64,000 nucleotides of DNA from a virus (lineage: Duplodnaviria > Caudoviricetes): the IMG/VR virus record IMGVR_UViG_3300037067_015211, positions 128,001 to 192,000 of that record; one strand, 5' to 3'. The notes under the pieces are model-generated. The model was not told the DNA's origin. It made no database searches and was given only the letters and a program-made list of their open reading frames with translations. Below, piece by piece: positions 27,853 to 36,597 of this stretch (position 1 is its first letter; every line of letters begins with the position of its first letter). The translations under genes and the position numbers were made by a program.

Positions 27853-28460
27853 GTTTTGGCTTTTCGCCTATTTTCTGCACCACGTCTTCCATATATTCTA
27901 GCCGAAAATGATGTCATTAATGAAATCATATCTTGTGTCAATTCCTCTTCATACGATTTAGGGAAAGTCTCTTCTACAATTTCCACAACCACACCGTATG
28001 AATTAAAGAAAAATTCAAATATTTTGAACATAAATCTACATAGCCTATCTTTGTGTTCTATAACAACTCTATTTATCTTTTTATCAATAATAAGAAAAAA
28101 AAGTTTATTTAGTTTTGGTCTAACATCCAACATACCAGAAGATATTTCTTCCAAAATATATTCAACTTGATATTTATTCTTAATACAATATTCAAAAATT
28201 CTTGCTTTTTGTCTATCTAGGTCGCCCTTTTGTTTTTGGTCATGACTAGACACACGACAATAAATTGCCGTGAGGTTATTTTCTGTTTTATCTAATTGTT
28301 TTTCTCCACAAAAATTTGCTAAATCGTCGATCTTAAAGCGTCTATGTCCGCCGACAGTTCTAATGGAAAATATTTTATTGGCATTACACCATTCGCGTAA
28401 TGTAGTTGTGCTAATACCAAGAATTTCTGCTGCTTTTTTTATGTTTATAAGTTTATCCAT
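27849..28460 (-). CDS. tnpA: IS607 TnpA (MerR-like HTH + serine recombinase)
   Basis: AAEILGISTTTLREW...RTVGGHRRF; YCRVSSHDQ; DLDRQ; SSG; EHKDRLCRF; SFSARIYGRR. Confidence 0.95.
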   Translation of the reverse strand: MDKLINIKKAAEILGISTTTLREWCNANKIFSIRTVGGHRRFKIDDLANFCGEKQLDKTENNLTAIYCRVSSHDQKQKGDLDRQKARIFEYCIKNKYQVEYILEEISSGMLDVRPKLNKLFFLIIDKKINRVVIEHKDRLCRFMFKIFEFFFNSYGVVVEIVEETFPKSYEEELTQDMISLMTSFSARIYGRRGAENRRKAKT

Positions 28461-28605
28461 CTTTTTTAACCAACATGTTAAACCACTTGTCGTATATTTC
28501 TTGAAATTCTTCTAACGAAGGAATATCTTTTAGTGGTATGGTGTGTTTATAAATATTGCCATCCTCCGTCTCAAATTCATCTGCTGTAATTCTAACTATT
28601 TTCAT
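28453..28605 (-). CDS. small (50 aa) ORF inside the IS607 element, upstream of tnpA
   Basis: MKIVRITADEFETEDGNIYKHTIPLKDIPSLEEFQEIYDKW; overlaps the tnpA start. Confidence 0.6.
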   Translation of the reverse strand: MKIVRITADEFETEDGNIYKHTIPLKDIPSLEEFQEIYDKWFNMLVKKDG

Positions 28606-28718
28606 TTTTTTCACATATTCCCTTCTAATACTATAAACACTGATTTTTAGCACAAGTTTCTATAAAAATCAATAAATTTTTATAATTTTTTTATCAACTA
28701 TTCAAAACCCTTTTCATT

Positions 28719-28988
28719 TTATTTCTCCCAAACTGCCCAAATCTGATAACCGCTGCCTTTACCATCCGTGCTTGTCGAGCCAATGCGCTCACACCGACCT
28801 TTACGACATTGCCTGTTTCCATATCGATAACCAGTTATTTCATTTTTGCAACATTCGAGTTTTGCGCCGGGGTGATTGGACAATACATCAGACAATCGGC
28901 TAACTCTATGGTGCCAATTTTCCGTATACCGATATCCATACGGTTGCAACTCGGTCAACATTTTTTTAGCGATTTCTTTGGTGTTCAT
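28719..28988 (-). CDS. hypothetical protein (start MNTKEI)
   Basis: AAGGA RBS before ATG 28988. Confidence 0.65.
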   Translation of the reverse strand: MNTKEIAKKMLTELQPYGYRYTENWHHRVSRLSDVLSNHPGAKLECCKNEITGYRYGNRQCRKGRCERIGSTSTDGKGSGYQIWAVWEK

Positions 28989-28998
28989 GATTTTTTCC

Positions 28999-29376
28999 TT
29001 AACCAACAAGTTCTTTGATACGGTTAATCTTTTTGATTTCATAATTCCTGTGATTAATTATGGCATCTTTGCTTTGAACGGTCATGGGCCACTTGGTGCA
29101 AAAAGAGCCAAATCCACTTGCCCCACAAACCGTGCAACGATAATCACGGCTACACCCAGTGTTTTTATTGATGGCAATAATTTCTTCGGCACGGGATTTG
29201 GGATTAGCCACACGATAGAGAATATGTGCCATTCTCTCAGGGTCCAAATTAAACAAATGGCAAAAGTGGGCGGCAAGAATCCTGTGGTCCTGCACAGATT
29301 CCAAAACTGCATCACACATGTCCTTAGTAAGTGCTCTTTTGAGATAATTGGCAATTTCTCGTTCTTTTCTGTTCAT
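28999..29376 (-). CDS. hypothetical protein
   Basis: 125 aa, AAGGAG RBS, CTVC motif. Confidence 0.7.
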   Translation of the reverse strand: MNRKEREIANYLKRALTKDMCDAVLESVQDHRILAAHFCHLFNLDPERMAHILYRVANPKSRAEEIIAINKNTGCSRDYRCTVCGASGFGSFCTKWPMTVQSKDAIINHRNYEIKKINRIKELVG

Positions 29377-29380
29377 GATT

Positions 29381-29566
29381 TTACTCCTTCACCGGCATAT
29401 TGGTAATCTCAACCGTTTCATTAGTAAACCGACCATCACGGCCATACAATAATACCTGCACAAACGCACAACAATCATTGTCTGGCCCCACACGATCCCA
29501 CGCGCCAACCTCTGCGCGTCCCTCATCAACTTTTTTCATGAGGGTTTTATGCGTCATTCTTTTCAT
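29381..29566 (-). CDS. hypothetical protein
   Basis: 61 aa, AGGGGG RBS. Confidence 0.6.
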   Translation of the reverse strand: MKRMTHKTLMKKVDEGRAEVGAWDRVGPDNDCCAFVQVLLYGRDGRFTNETVEITNMPVKE

Positions 29567-29578
29567 GGTTTCCCCCTT

Positions 29579-29797
29579 TCAATTGTTGTTGATGTTTTGG
29601 TAGTGCTGGGAAATTTCAAATCTCATTGTTTTGGCGGCATCCCAGTTGTTTAGAATTGCATAAGGAAGCCCAACCACATTGTTTACAACCACAAATCTTC
29701 CATCAGTGGTGGTTTCAATAGAGGCATAAGGGGATTCTTGATAATAGACCTTTTTTACTGCATAACCAACTTCAACCTCTTCAAATCCTACTCTCAT
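29579..29797 (-). CDS. hypothetical protein, first gene of the leftward operon
   Basis: 72 aa, AAAGGAG RBS. Confidence 0.65.
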   Translation of the reverse strand: MRVGFEEVEVGYAVKKVYYQESPYASIETTTDGRFVVVNNVVGLPYAILNNWDAAKTMRFEISQHYQNINNN

Positions 29798-29823
29798 GAT
29801 CTTCTCCTTTCACAGTTATTGAG

Positions 29824-29851
29824 ATTGTATGGATAATTCTCGATTTGTCAA
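29824..29851 (-). promoter_or_regulatory. strong sigma70-type early promoter
   Basis: TTGACA-16 nt-TACAAT. Confidence 0.7.
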
Positions 29852-29896
29852 GGGACGAAATAAAAATTATTTTTCTCTTCCATAATGCAATGAGTT

Positions 29897-29905
29897 TGTT
29901 ATAAT
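29897..29905 (+). promoter_or_regulatory. extended -10 promoter for the helicase (near-leaderless)
   Basis: TGtTATAAT 8 nt before ATG 29914, no SD. Confidence 0.55.
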
Positions 29906-29913
29906 AAACAATC

Positions 29914-31347
29914 ATGTTTAGCAAAAAAATAACGGGATATATCTCGGATCGGGTTTACTTAAACTTAAGCCAGATTCCACAAGATGTCCATAAACAACTG
30001 CATATGTTGTTTGAGCGGTCAAATCCAGACTTTTTTAATAACAAAAGGCTAGGTTTTTCCAACTATAATACCCCGGCGAAGCTTGTCTTCCACTTTTCTG
30101 AATATATGGACCTTAAATTCACAGGAGATACGTTTTGCTTCCCCGTAGGCGCATTGGAAGATGTAAGAGATACTCTGGCAGGGTATACGCTAAAACTTGA
30201 CGACAGAAGGCTTTCTATCGCCGCTCAGCTAAAGGACAACATTAATCTATTGTCTCACCAAATTGGTGCCGTCAACGAAATGGTCAAACATGATACCGGC
30301 ATATTGGTGGCCCGATGTGGCAGTGGAAAAAGTATATTAGCACTTAAATTGGCCACTATCAAGCAACAAAGAACACTAATTTGTGTGCATACAAAGAAAT
30401 TATTAGAACAATGGATGGAGCGGGTGGAAGAGTTTGTGGGCGTGGTGCCCGGCCAATATGGGGCGGGAAAGAAGGAAATAAAAGACATCACAATAGGAAT
30501 GATACAGACGATCACGAGGAATATAGATAGCTTAAAAGATAAGTTTGGTATGGTCGTGTTCGACGAGTGCCATCACGTATCGGCGAATACATTTTACGAT
30601 ATTGCCACTAAAATGCAGTGTAAATATCGGTATGGAATATCCGCGACTCCTTCTCGGAAGGACCAGAAACAGTTTCTTTTCAAGGCCGCTCTCGGGCCAG
30701 TAAGGCACAAAATACAAAAGGCAGAAGTCGAAAAGGCGGGAATTATTATTCCGGCCAGCATTAAAATAGTGAAAACAAATTTCGAATGCCCCGAATATTT
30801 GGACGAGCAAGGAGACTATTTCAAAAACTACCATTATTTACTAGATAAACTGATAAAGGATGTGGAAAGAATAAAGCTTATTTTCAAACACCTTGAGCCA
30901 GAGTTAAAGGCAGGGCACAAGGTACTAATGTTGTTTGACCGCTTCAATATCAAGTTAAAAGACAAATTTGGGGAAGTAATCGCCGTTAGCAATATTGTCA
31001 AGAAGTGGGAAAAATGGCTTTGTGACAAAGGATACAAGGCTCTGGCGTGTACTGGTGGAAGCAAGGACAACCTAAACGATATTGATGCTATGTTCAAGGA
31101 TGGTAGACTCCAAATATTAATTGCATCTACCGTGGCCGATGAGGGGCTAGATATCAAGATCATCGACAGGCTTTTTATGTGCCTACCCTGTAAAAATAAT
31201 GAAGGCTTGTTGGAACAAAGAGTGGGGAGAATAGAGAGAAAATATCCCGACAAGGAAGATGCCATAGCCTATTATTTTTTAGATACAAATATATTTGGCG
31301 AGAATATCTATCGGCTTAAGAAAAAATACAAGGTGGAAGAAACATGA
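29914..31347 (+). CDS. SF2 DEAD/DEAH-like helicase (UvsW/ResIII-like)
   Basis: CGSGKS, FDECHH, GISATP, EGLDI, EQRVGRIER. Confidence 0.93.
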   Translation: MFSKKITGYISDRVYLNLSQIPQDVHKQLHMLFERSNPDFFNNKRLGFSNYNTPAKLVFHFSEYMDLKFTGDTFCFPVGALEDVRDTLAGYTLKLDDRRLSIAAQLKDNINLLSHQIGAVNEMVKHDTGILVARCGSGKSILALKLATIKQQRTLICVHTKKLLEQWMERVEEFVGVVPGQYGAGKKEIKDITIGMIQTITRNIDSLKDKFGMVVFDECHHVSANTFYDIATKMQCKYRYGISATPSRKDQKQFLFKAALGPVRHKIQKAEVEKAGIIIPASIKIVKTNFECPEYLDEQGDYFKNYHYLLDKLIKDVERIKLIFKHLEPELKAGHKVLMLFDRFNIKLKDKFGEVIAVSNIVKKWEKWLCDKGYKALACTGGSKDNLNDIDAMFKDGRLQILIASTVADEGLDIKIIDRLFMCLPCKNNEGLLEQRVGRIERKYPDKEDAIAYYFLDTNIFGENIYRLKKKYKVEET

Positions 31348-31649
31348 AGCTTCGATATTCAGATAGAGTATGTCTTGAGTGTGGGAAGGCGTTAGAAACA
31401 CTGGATTGGCTATATATTGACGCTGTTTATTCTTTTTGTTCCATGAAGTGCAAGAATGTTTTTTATAAGTGTGATGGTGAAAAGACAAAAGAATTTATTG
31501 CTAAATCATTGGAGAACAAAATGGCTAACGACAAACATGTTTGGATTGTTCGAGGCAAGTTGATTGTGTGTAAGAAGTGTGGTGTTGTTCGCCGTGAGGA
31601 CGGGCAGAATGGGCCGTGTAGGGGAAAGGCCAAAATATCGCTTAGATAG
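31344..31649 (+). CDS. Cys-rich hypothetical protein (two Zn-finger-like units)
   Basis: CLECG..FCSMKC; HVW..CKKCG..C. Confidence 0.6.
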   Translation: MKLRYSDRVCLECGKALETLDWLYIDAVYSFCSMKCKNVFYKCDGEKTKEFIAKSLENKMANDKHVWIVRGKLIVCKKCGVVRREDGQNGPCRGKAKISLR

Positions 31650-31919
31650 GTTTGTTTTCCACAATGACCCTGTGGCCAGCATCATAAACTATTTGTTCGT
31701 TGTTTTCAGAAAGAACATATAGTTTTTCTTTCAACATTCTGATAAAATCTTTTATTGACATAACGCTATTATTGTCCAAAAGTACGGCCGGTAATTTTTT
31801 TGATAGAATGGGAGAAATTTTTTTACCATAATAATTTGTGATTGTTATGGTTCTGTCATAGTCTTTTAAAAACTTTATCCCCTCAATATTTTCCAAACAA
31901 CATTTTTCATTGGCCAATA
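31642..31919 (-). CDS. hypothetical protein at the end of the late operon (start uncertain; track ORF 31642-31947)
   Basis: Open frame converging with the helicase operon. Confidence 0.4.
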
Positions 31920-31931
31920 TTTTTTTTATTT

Positions 31932-34900
31932 TTATATGTCTGGCCATATATAATCTTTCTGGTTGCCATCGGTATCGTCTCTCATATCTGGGAAAGGTTT
32001 GTCGTCCTTTTTTTCATAAGGAAATACAGCATAAGTAATTTGTCCGTCCCTTTCACCACCCCTATTTCTATTTGTATAATAAACGGATACAAGATGTGAA
32101 TCTGAAGATTCCGTATAATCTGTTTCTGATGTTGGATTTATTGGCCACCCTATACGTTTCCAATCACTTTTATATTCAACTTTAGACCACATTTGCCGAT
32201 AACCCTGAGTTATTTTTTTTGCAAATTCTTGTAAATCACTAATAAGTTCTCCAATTAATGGCATACAATAATATTCCATTTTTAAATTTTGATTTCTTTT
32301 GGTGTCATCAAAATAACTATGAGCAATATCAAAATCTGTTTCTTCGTTATAAACTGTTTTTGTTGTTGTTTTTAGTTTAAATGTAACAACATTGTTTGTC
32401 CTGTATTCAAAGTATGTTATATTATACAGCTTTATTCTTATTTGATATGGATAATAAGAAACTATACGTAATATTTTTTCAACACCACCAGTGTTAATAT
32501 TGTCGTATGTTCTGTAAAGTTTTAACCCATCCCCTTGTTCTCTTTCAATATATAATTCCATTTTTTCTGCGGCTACATTAACTTTAAGCGCGGTAATTTG
32601 TGTTCTTGTATCGTCGCCGGGCGAATGTGTGCGCATAATAATATTAAGCGTTTTGTCCCCGCCAGTATAAACATATGGGCCAGTAGGTGTGGCAACTTCA
32701 ACGCTTATTGTCCCCCCCAGTGTTTCTCTCAACAAATAACAATTTTTTTCAGACATAATATTTGGACAAGGGCATTGTTCATTCATTATTTCCCTATTAG
32801 AAAATCCATATGGAGAAAACAACGATTTTCTACAATATGTTTTCCCATCTTTATTATAAGCATAAAGACATCTAAGTTTAAATTGTTGATTAAAATCAAA
32901 AATATCTATATCTACATTAGTTTTTTCTCTCAAATATTCATAAACAACATTAGAAGAATTTAAAAAAGCTGCGTATCTTCTTAATGGCAAGTGAAATGTT
33001 TCCCATCCATATGTAGGGTGCGGCACTGTAGAAGAAACAGCACCTCCCTTTGAAATTAAACCATTGCCAACAACGGTACAATCAGACTCTTTCGTAGTGC
33101 TTCCGGGTACATTTCCAACAACATAAGCACACACAACTTCTGCCGTAATTCCAGCACCACTCAATGTTCTTATTTTATATAAATCTTTATGTGAAATGGT
33201 TAGTGTAGCATATGAATGCCAATCCGATCCGCCATAAGAAAAGTCACCAGATCCAGCTTCATATGGATAGTGGAGCCGTAATATTTTAAATGTCCAAGTA
33301 AGATCACCGTTGTATTTTGAATACAATATAAAAGCTGAGGGAGGAATTACAAAAGTACCACCTGTAATGTATTCACCAGTTGCTCCAGCAGTTTTTGAAA
33401 AAGAAAATAAAACACCAACAGTATGGTATGTCCCCTGTATGCCACCTATTCCACTATAAATTGCTGTTCTCGTTAAATCTGTGCCACCAAAAATATATTG
33501 CGGTGCATAAGGGCCAATCCAGCGATCAAACCCAAAACCTGTTATAGAATCTCCACTTCTTGCCTTTGACATATGTGATGTGCTAAACATAACCGTTCCA
33601 TCGTATTCCCACTCTTGATAGCTACTCGAATACTTTGTACCATATGTCATTGCTATATTGGGAATATTAAACATTGAATTTTCTATGTATCTTCGTAACC
33701 ACATAATCATTTTATAAATATCTGAATTGTTGTGTTTTTGCATTCTACCATATGCATCAAGCCTCCTTGAATACATTGTAAAATCATCACCAATCCAAAC
33801 AAGCGGCTCAAACGGAATATTTACATTTGTATTTAAAACATCAACACTGGTTACATTGTTAAACTCAATTTTATGTTGATAAGTTTTTGCACTACTTGAT
33901 ATATTTGCCGCCCAATCATTTGACAAAACATTTTGGATATACTGTGGGTATTCATATATTAGGGAATCAAGCCCATAATTATATACTTGATTTGTATGCC
34001 CATAAGGATGAGATGAAAAATAAAAATGTCCCCAAGAATATTTTTCTTGATAATAATTTTCTGTACATTGACCATGAGGACATGCATTTATTTTATATCT
34101 AACATATAAATCATAGTCTGTTGTGCCAATATCCGCTTGTGTTCTTTTAAACTCGCCATTGTTGCCATCAAGATAATAATTTTCTTTATCAATTAACGGC
34201 ATATTAATAAGCCCCGTATATTTATTGTATGTAAAATCAGAAATTTCAATTTCGGCAGGAAATCCCAATTGTATTTTTGCAGTATCATTTATTTTTAAAT
34301 ACAACTTTTGTATTGAAAATGTTCTTGGATTTTTTATTATCGCCCTAGCCATTACACCATTTGGTATTTTATATGAATGGATGTCCCAATTATTAAAATC
34401 TGGTCCATGAAAATATATATGTTCTTTGTCTTTGTTGCCACCCAAATCAGTTTTTTCTGAATAATAAACAAGTTGTTTTGTTTGTGGTATAGTTAAATCA
34501 GAAATGGCCCAACATGGAGAATAATTTATAAAGCCAAATGGATTTGGTGTGGTGGCATAACTACTAAAAATATTAGGAACAGTATGGCCTAAAAATAATC
34601 TTGGTCCGCCCCCGATTGTCATGTCATCTGTATCAGAGTTGTCCGAACCAACATTATGATGTGCATTACTTGTAACAGTATAATAATTATTAGTTAAATA
34701 ATCTTCAACAGTATATGTTGTACTTTCCGAATAGCCGGGAATTATCATTTCTGGTGGAATTGTAACAGTTTTTGTTATATCTCTAGTTGATGAATACGTT
34801 TCACTTGTAGTTATTGTTTCTGTATGAGGCTGGCCATCTCCCGGAGAAATTGTTGTAATTTCTCTTGTTGAATCACTTGTAAATGTGTCTGTAACGGTTT

Positions 34901-36590
34901 GTGTTATTATTTGCTCGCCCGGAGGCCCATAGATTGTTGGATATTCTGTAGTCGTTGTGTTTGATGTTGAATTATCTTCATAATCTTCTTCCGTCCAATA
35001 AAGTGGGCCAGCATTAAACCTTATTCCATAAATTGGAAGCCAAGATATTTTTACATTTTCTATTTCTTCCTCTTCGCCATCTTGTCTTATGAAGGTGGTG
35101 GTTAATGCTTCTTCTGGAAAATCCATTGAATTTTTTACAACTTCACCACTTTCATCTTCTCCAATAAATTCAGAACCATTTAAAAATACATTGTCAAACT
35201 GTCTGTAAAAAACAACATCTCTCATATTTAATGGATCTCGGGCTATATAATATGGCAATGTGCTTATTCCAAAATTTTCTTCTAGCATCATCGTATGCCA
35301 ATTGGCAACAAAAAGACCTTTTATGTTTAAAAGACCAGTTTGAATTGCAACAATATTGTTTGATGTTGCTTTATTGTCTTTTAGAGATAAATTTTGTAGA
35401 GGGTAGTTTGGAAAGAAAAAAGGACCGCCCCCACCCCCCGGTCTGCGCCCAGAGCTACATATTAATTTATCTTTTAAGTTATCATTTGTTGAAAATGGGG
35501 TGCCATACAAAAATGGAACAGATGAGCCGTCATTATAATTTGTGGAAAAATATGGCGTTGTTTCCGATGGTTGTGTTGCGGAATAAGAAACTGGGTCTAC
35601 TGTTAAAGGGCTAAACAAGGCCGTTGGTTGGTATAAATAAACATTTTTTATTTTTACACCATCAAAAACTATTCTAATATCATTAACGGTAGTTGATTTT
35701 GATGCAGAATATATTTCTATGGTTATTTGGTCTATGTTTGTTGTTGAAATAGGAAGTTCAATTGTTTCTAAATTTGTTTTAGGGGTATAATCAGTATCAT
35801 AACCGCTATATATAGCAGATGCACAATTTGTTGATATTTTTACATATCCATTTACATGAATTTTTTCAAAAGTTATTTTTACCGAAGATGCATAATATTG
35901 TTTTATTTGATTCTGATAATTATAATTCAAATCACCGGCATATGGTATTTCTATAATAGTTAAGTCTTCTTCATTAGGTGGAACATATTCTTTTGTATAA
36001 TATGGTTTTCCATATGTGGACCCCACATTTGGATCCGTTTCCGGCAATTCTGTCCAATCATATTGTGACTCGTCATATCTAAATGGAGGAAAAAAACAAA
36101 TTCCTTGCTTCGGCTCAATTTTTTCTTCTACTATTTCTCCACCAGAACCAAACGTTCCGATACCCCCTACAACATCATCTGCACTTTGCCCCCGAGTACA
36201 CACATTATTTACTGGATCGGCAAATTCGCAAATATTTGCCCTTGTGCCCCACTGTGGTAACATTATTGCCGAGACCTGTTCTCCATCTTCATATGTGCCT
36301 TCTCCATATGGTCTCCAAGGAAAATAATGTGCCGCTTGAATTGCATTTAATATTTGACAAATATGTTTTCTGTTTACAGTTGTTCCTGCAACAAAATTTT
36401 TGCAAACTACATTGTCGGTGCTTGTAGCTTCATATGGAAACCCTTCAATACAGGGGCCATTAGGGCACTTGTTGGTATAAACTGTTCCGGGAACAGTGGC
36501 ATTGCATTTAGCCGAAGTTATTTCATGAAATGAATAGTTTTCGCCATATGTTTCCGTCGCCCATGTTGGCAAACCACTAACTGTTTCCAT
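31932..36590 (-). CDS. very large (1552 aa) virion tail-tip / central-fibre-like protein
   Basis: Downstream end of the tail operon; Cys-rich N-terminus, beta/Tyr/Thr-rich composition. Confidence 0.6.
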   Translation of the reverse strand: METVSGLPTWATETYGENYSFHEITSAKCNATVPGTVYTNKCPNGPCIEGFPYEATSTDNVVCKNFVAGTTVNRKHICQILNAIQAAHYFPWRPYGEGTYEDGEQVSAIMLPQWGTRANICEFADPVNNVCTRGQSADDVVGGIGTFGSGGEIVEEKIEPKQGICFFPPFRYDESQYDWTELPETDPNVGSTYGKPYYTKEYVPPNEEDLTIIEIPYAGDLNYNYQNQIKQYYASSVKITFEKIHVNGYVKISTNCASAIYSGYDTDYTPKTNLETIELPISTTNIDQITIEIYSASKSTTVNDIRIVFDGVKIKNVYLYQPTALFSPLTVDPVSYSATQPSETTPYFSTNYNDGSSVPFLYGTPFSTNDNLKDKLICSSGRRPGGGGGPFFFPNYPLQNLSLKDNKATSNNIVAIQTGLLNIKGLFVANWHTMMLEENFGISTLPYYIARDPLNMRDVVFYRQFDNVFLNGSEFIGEDESGEVVKNSMDFPEEALTTTFIRQDGEEEEIENVKISWLPIYGIRFNAGPLYWTEEDYEDNSTSNTTTTEYPTIYGPPGEQIITQTVTDTFTSDSTREITTISPGDGQPHTETITTSETYSSTRDITKTVTIPPEMIIPGYSESTTYTVEDYLTNNYYTVTSNAHHNVGSDNSDTDDMTIGGGPRLFLGHTVPNIFSSYATTPNPFGFINYSPCWAISDLTIPQTKQLVYYSEKTDLGGNKDKEHIYFHGPDFNNWDIHSYKIPNGVMARAIIKNPRTFSIQKLYLKINDTAKIQLGFPAEIEISDFTYNKYTGLINMPLIDKENYYLDGNNGEFKRTQADIGTTDYDLYVRYKINACPHGQCTENYYQEKYSWGHFYFSSHPYGHTNQVYNYGLDSLIYEYPQYIQNVLSNDWAANISSSAKTYQHKIEFNNVTSVDVLNTNVNIPFEPLVWIGDDFTMYSRRLDAYGRMQKHNNSDIYKMIMWLRRYIENSMFNIPNIAMTYGTKYSSSYQEWEYDGTVMFSTSHMSKARSGDSITGFGFDRWIGPYAPQYIFGGTDLTRTAIYSGIGGIQGTYHTVGVLFSFSKTAGATGEYITGGTFVIPPSAFILYSKYNGDLTWTFKILRLHYPYEAGSGDFSYGGSDWHSYATLTISHKDLYKIRTLSGAGITAEVVCAYVVGNVPGSTTKESDCTVVGNGLISKGGAVSSTVPHPTYGWETFHLPLRRYAAFLNSSNVVYEYLREKTNVDIDIFDFNQQFKLRCLYAYNKDGKTYCRKSLFSPYGFSNREIMNEQCPCPNIMSEKNCYLLRETLGGTISVEVATPTGPYVYTGGDKTLNIIMRTHSPGDDTRTQITALKVNVAAEKMELYIEREQGDGLKLYRTYDNINTGGVEKILRIVSYYPYQIRIKLYNITYFEYRTNNVVTFKLKTTTKTVYNEETDFDIAHSYFDDTKRNQNLKMEYYCMPLIGELISDLQEFAKKITQGYRQMWSKVEYKSDWKRIGWPINPTSETDYTESSDSHLVSVYYTNRNRGGERDGQITYAVFPYEKKDDKPFPDMRDDTDGNQKDYIWPDI

Positions 36591-36597
36591 TATTGTC

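Larger units (their letters stand above)
26624..28709 (-). mobile_element. IS607-family element (small ORF + tnpA serine recombinase + tnpB)
   Basis: tnpA/tnpB pair; right end ...AAGTTTTGTGGAACGG; TTTCTATAA motif in inverted orientation at 26638-26646 and 28657-28665; left boundary approximate. Confidence 0.85.
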
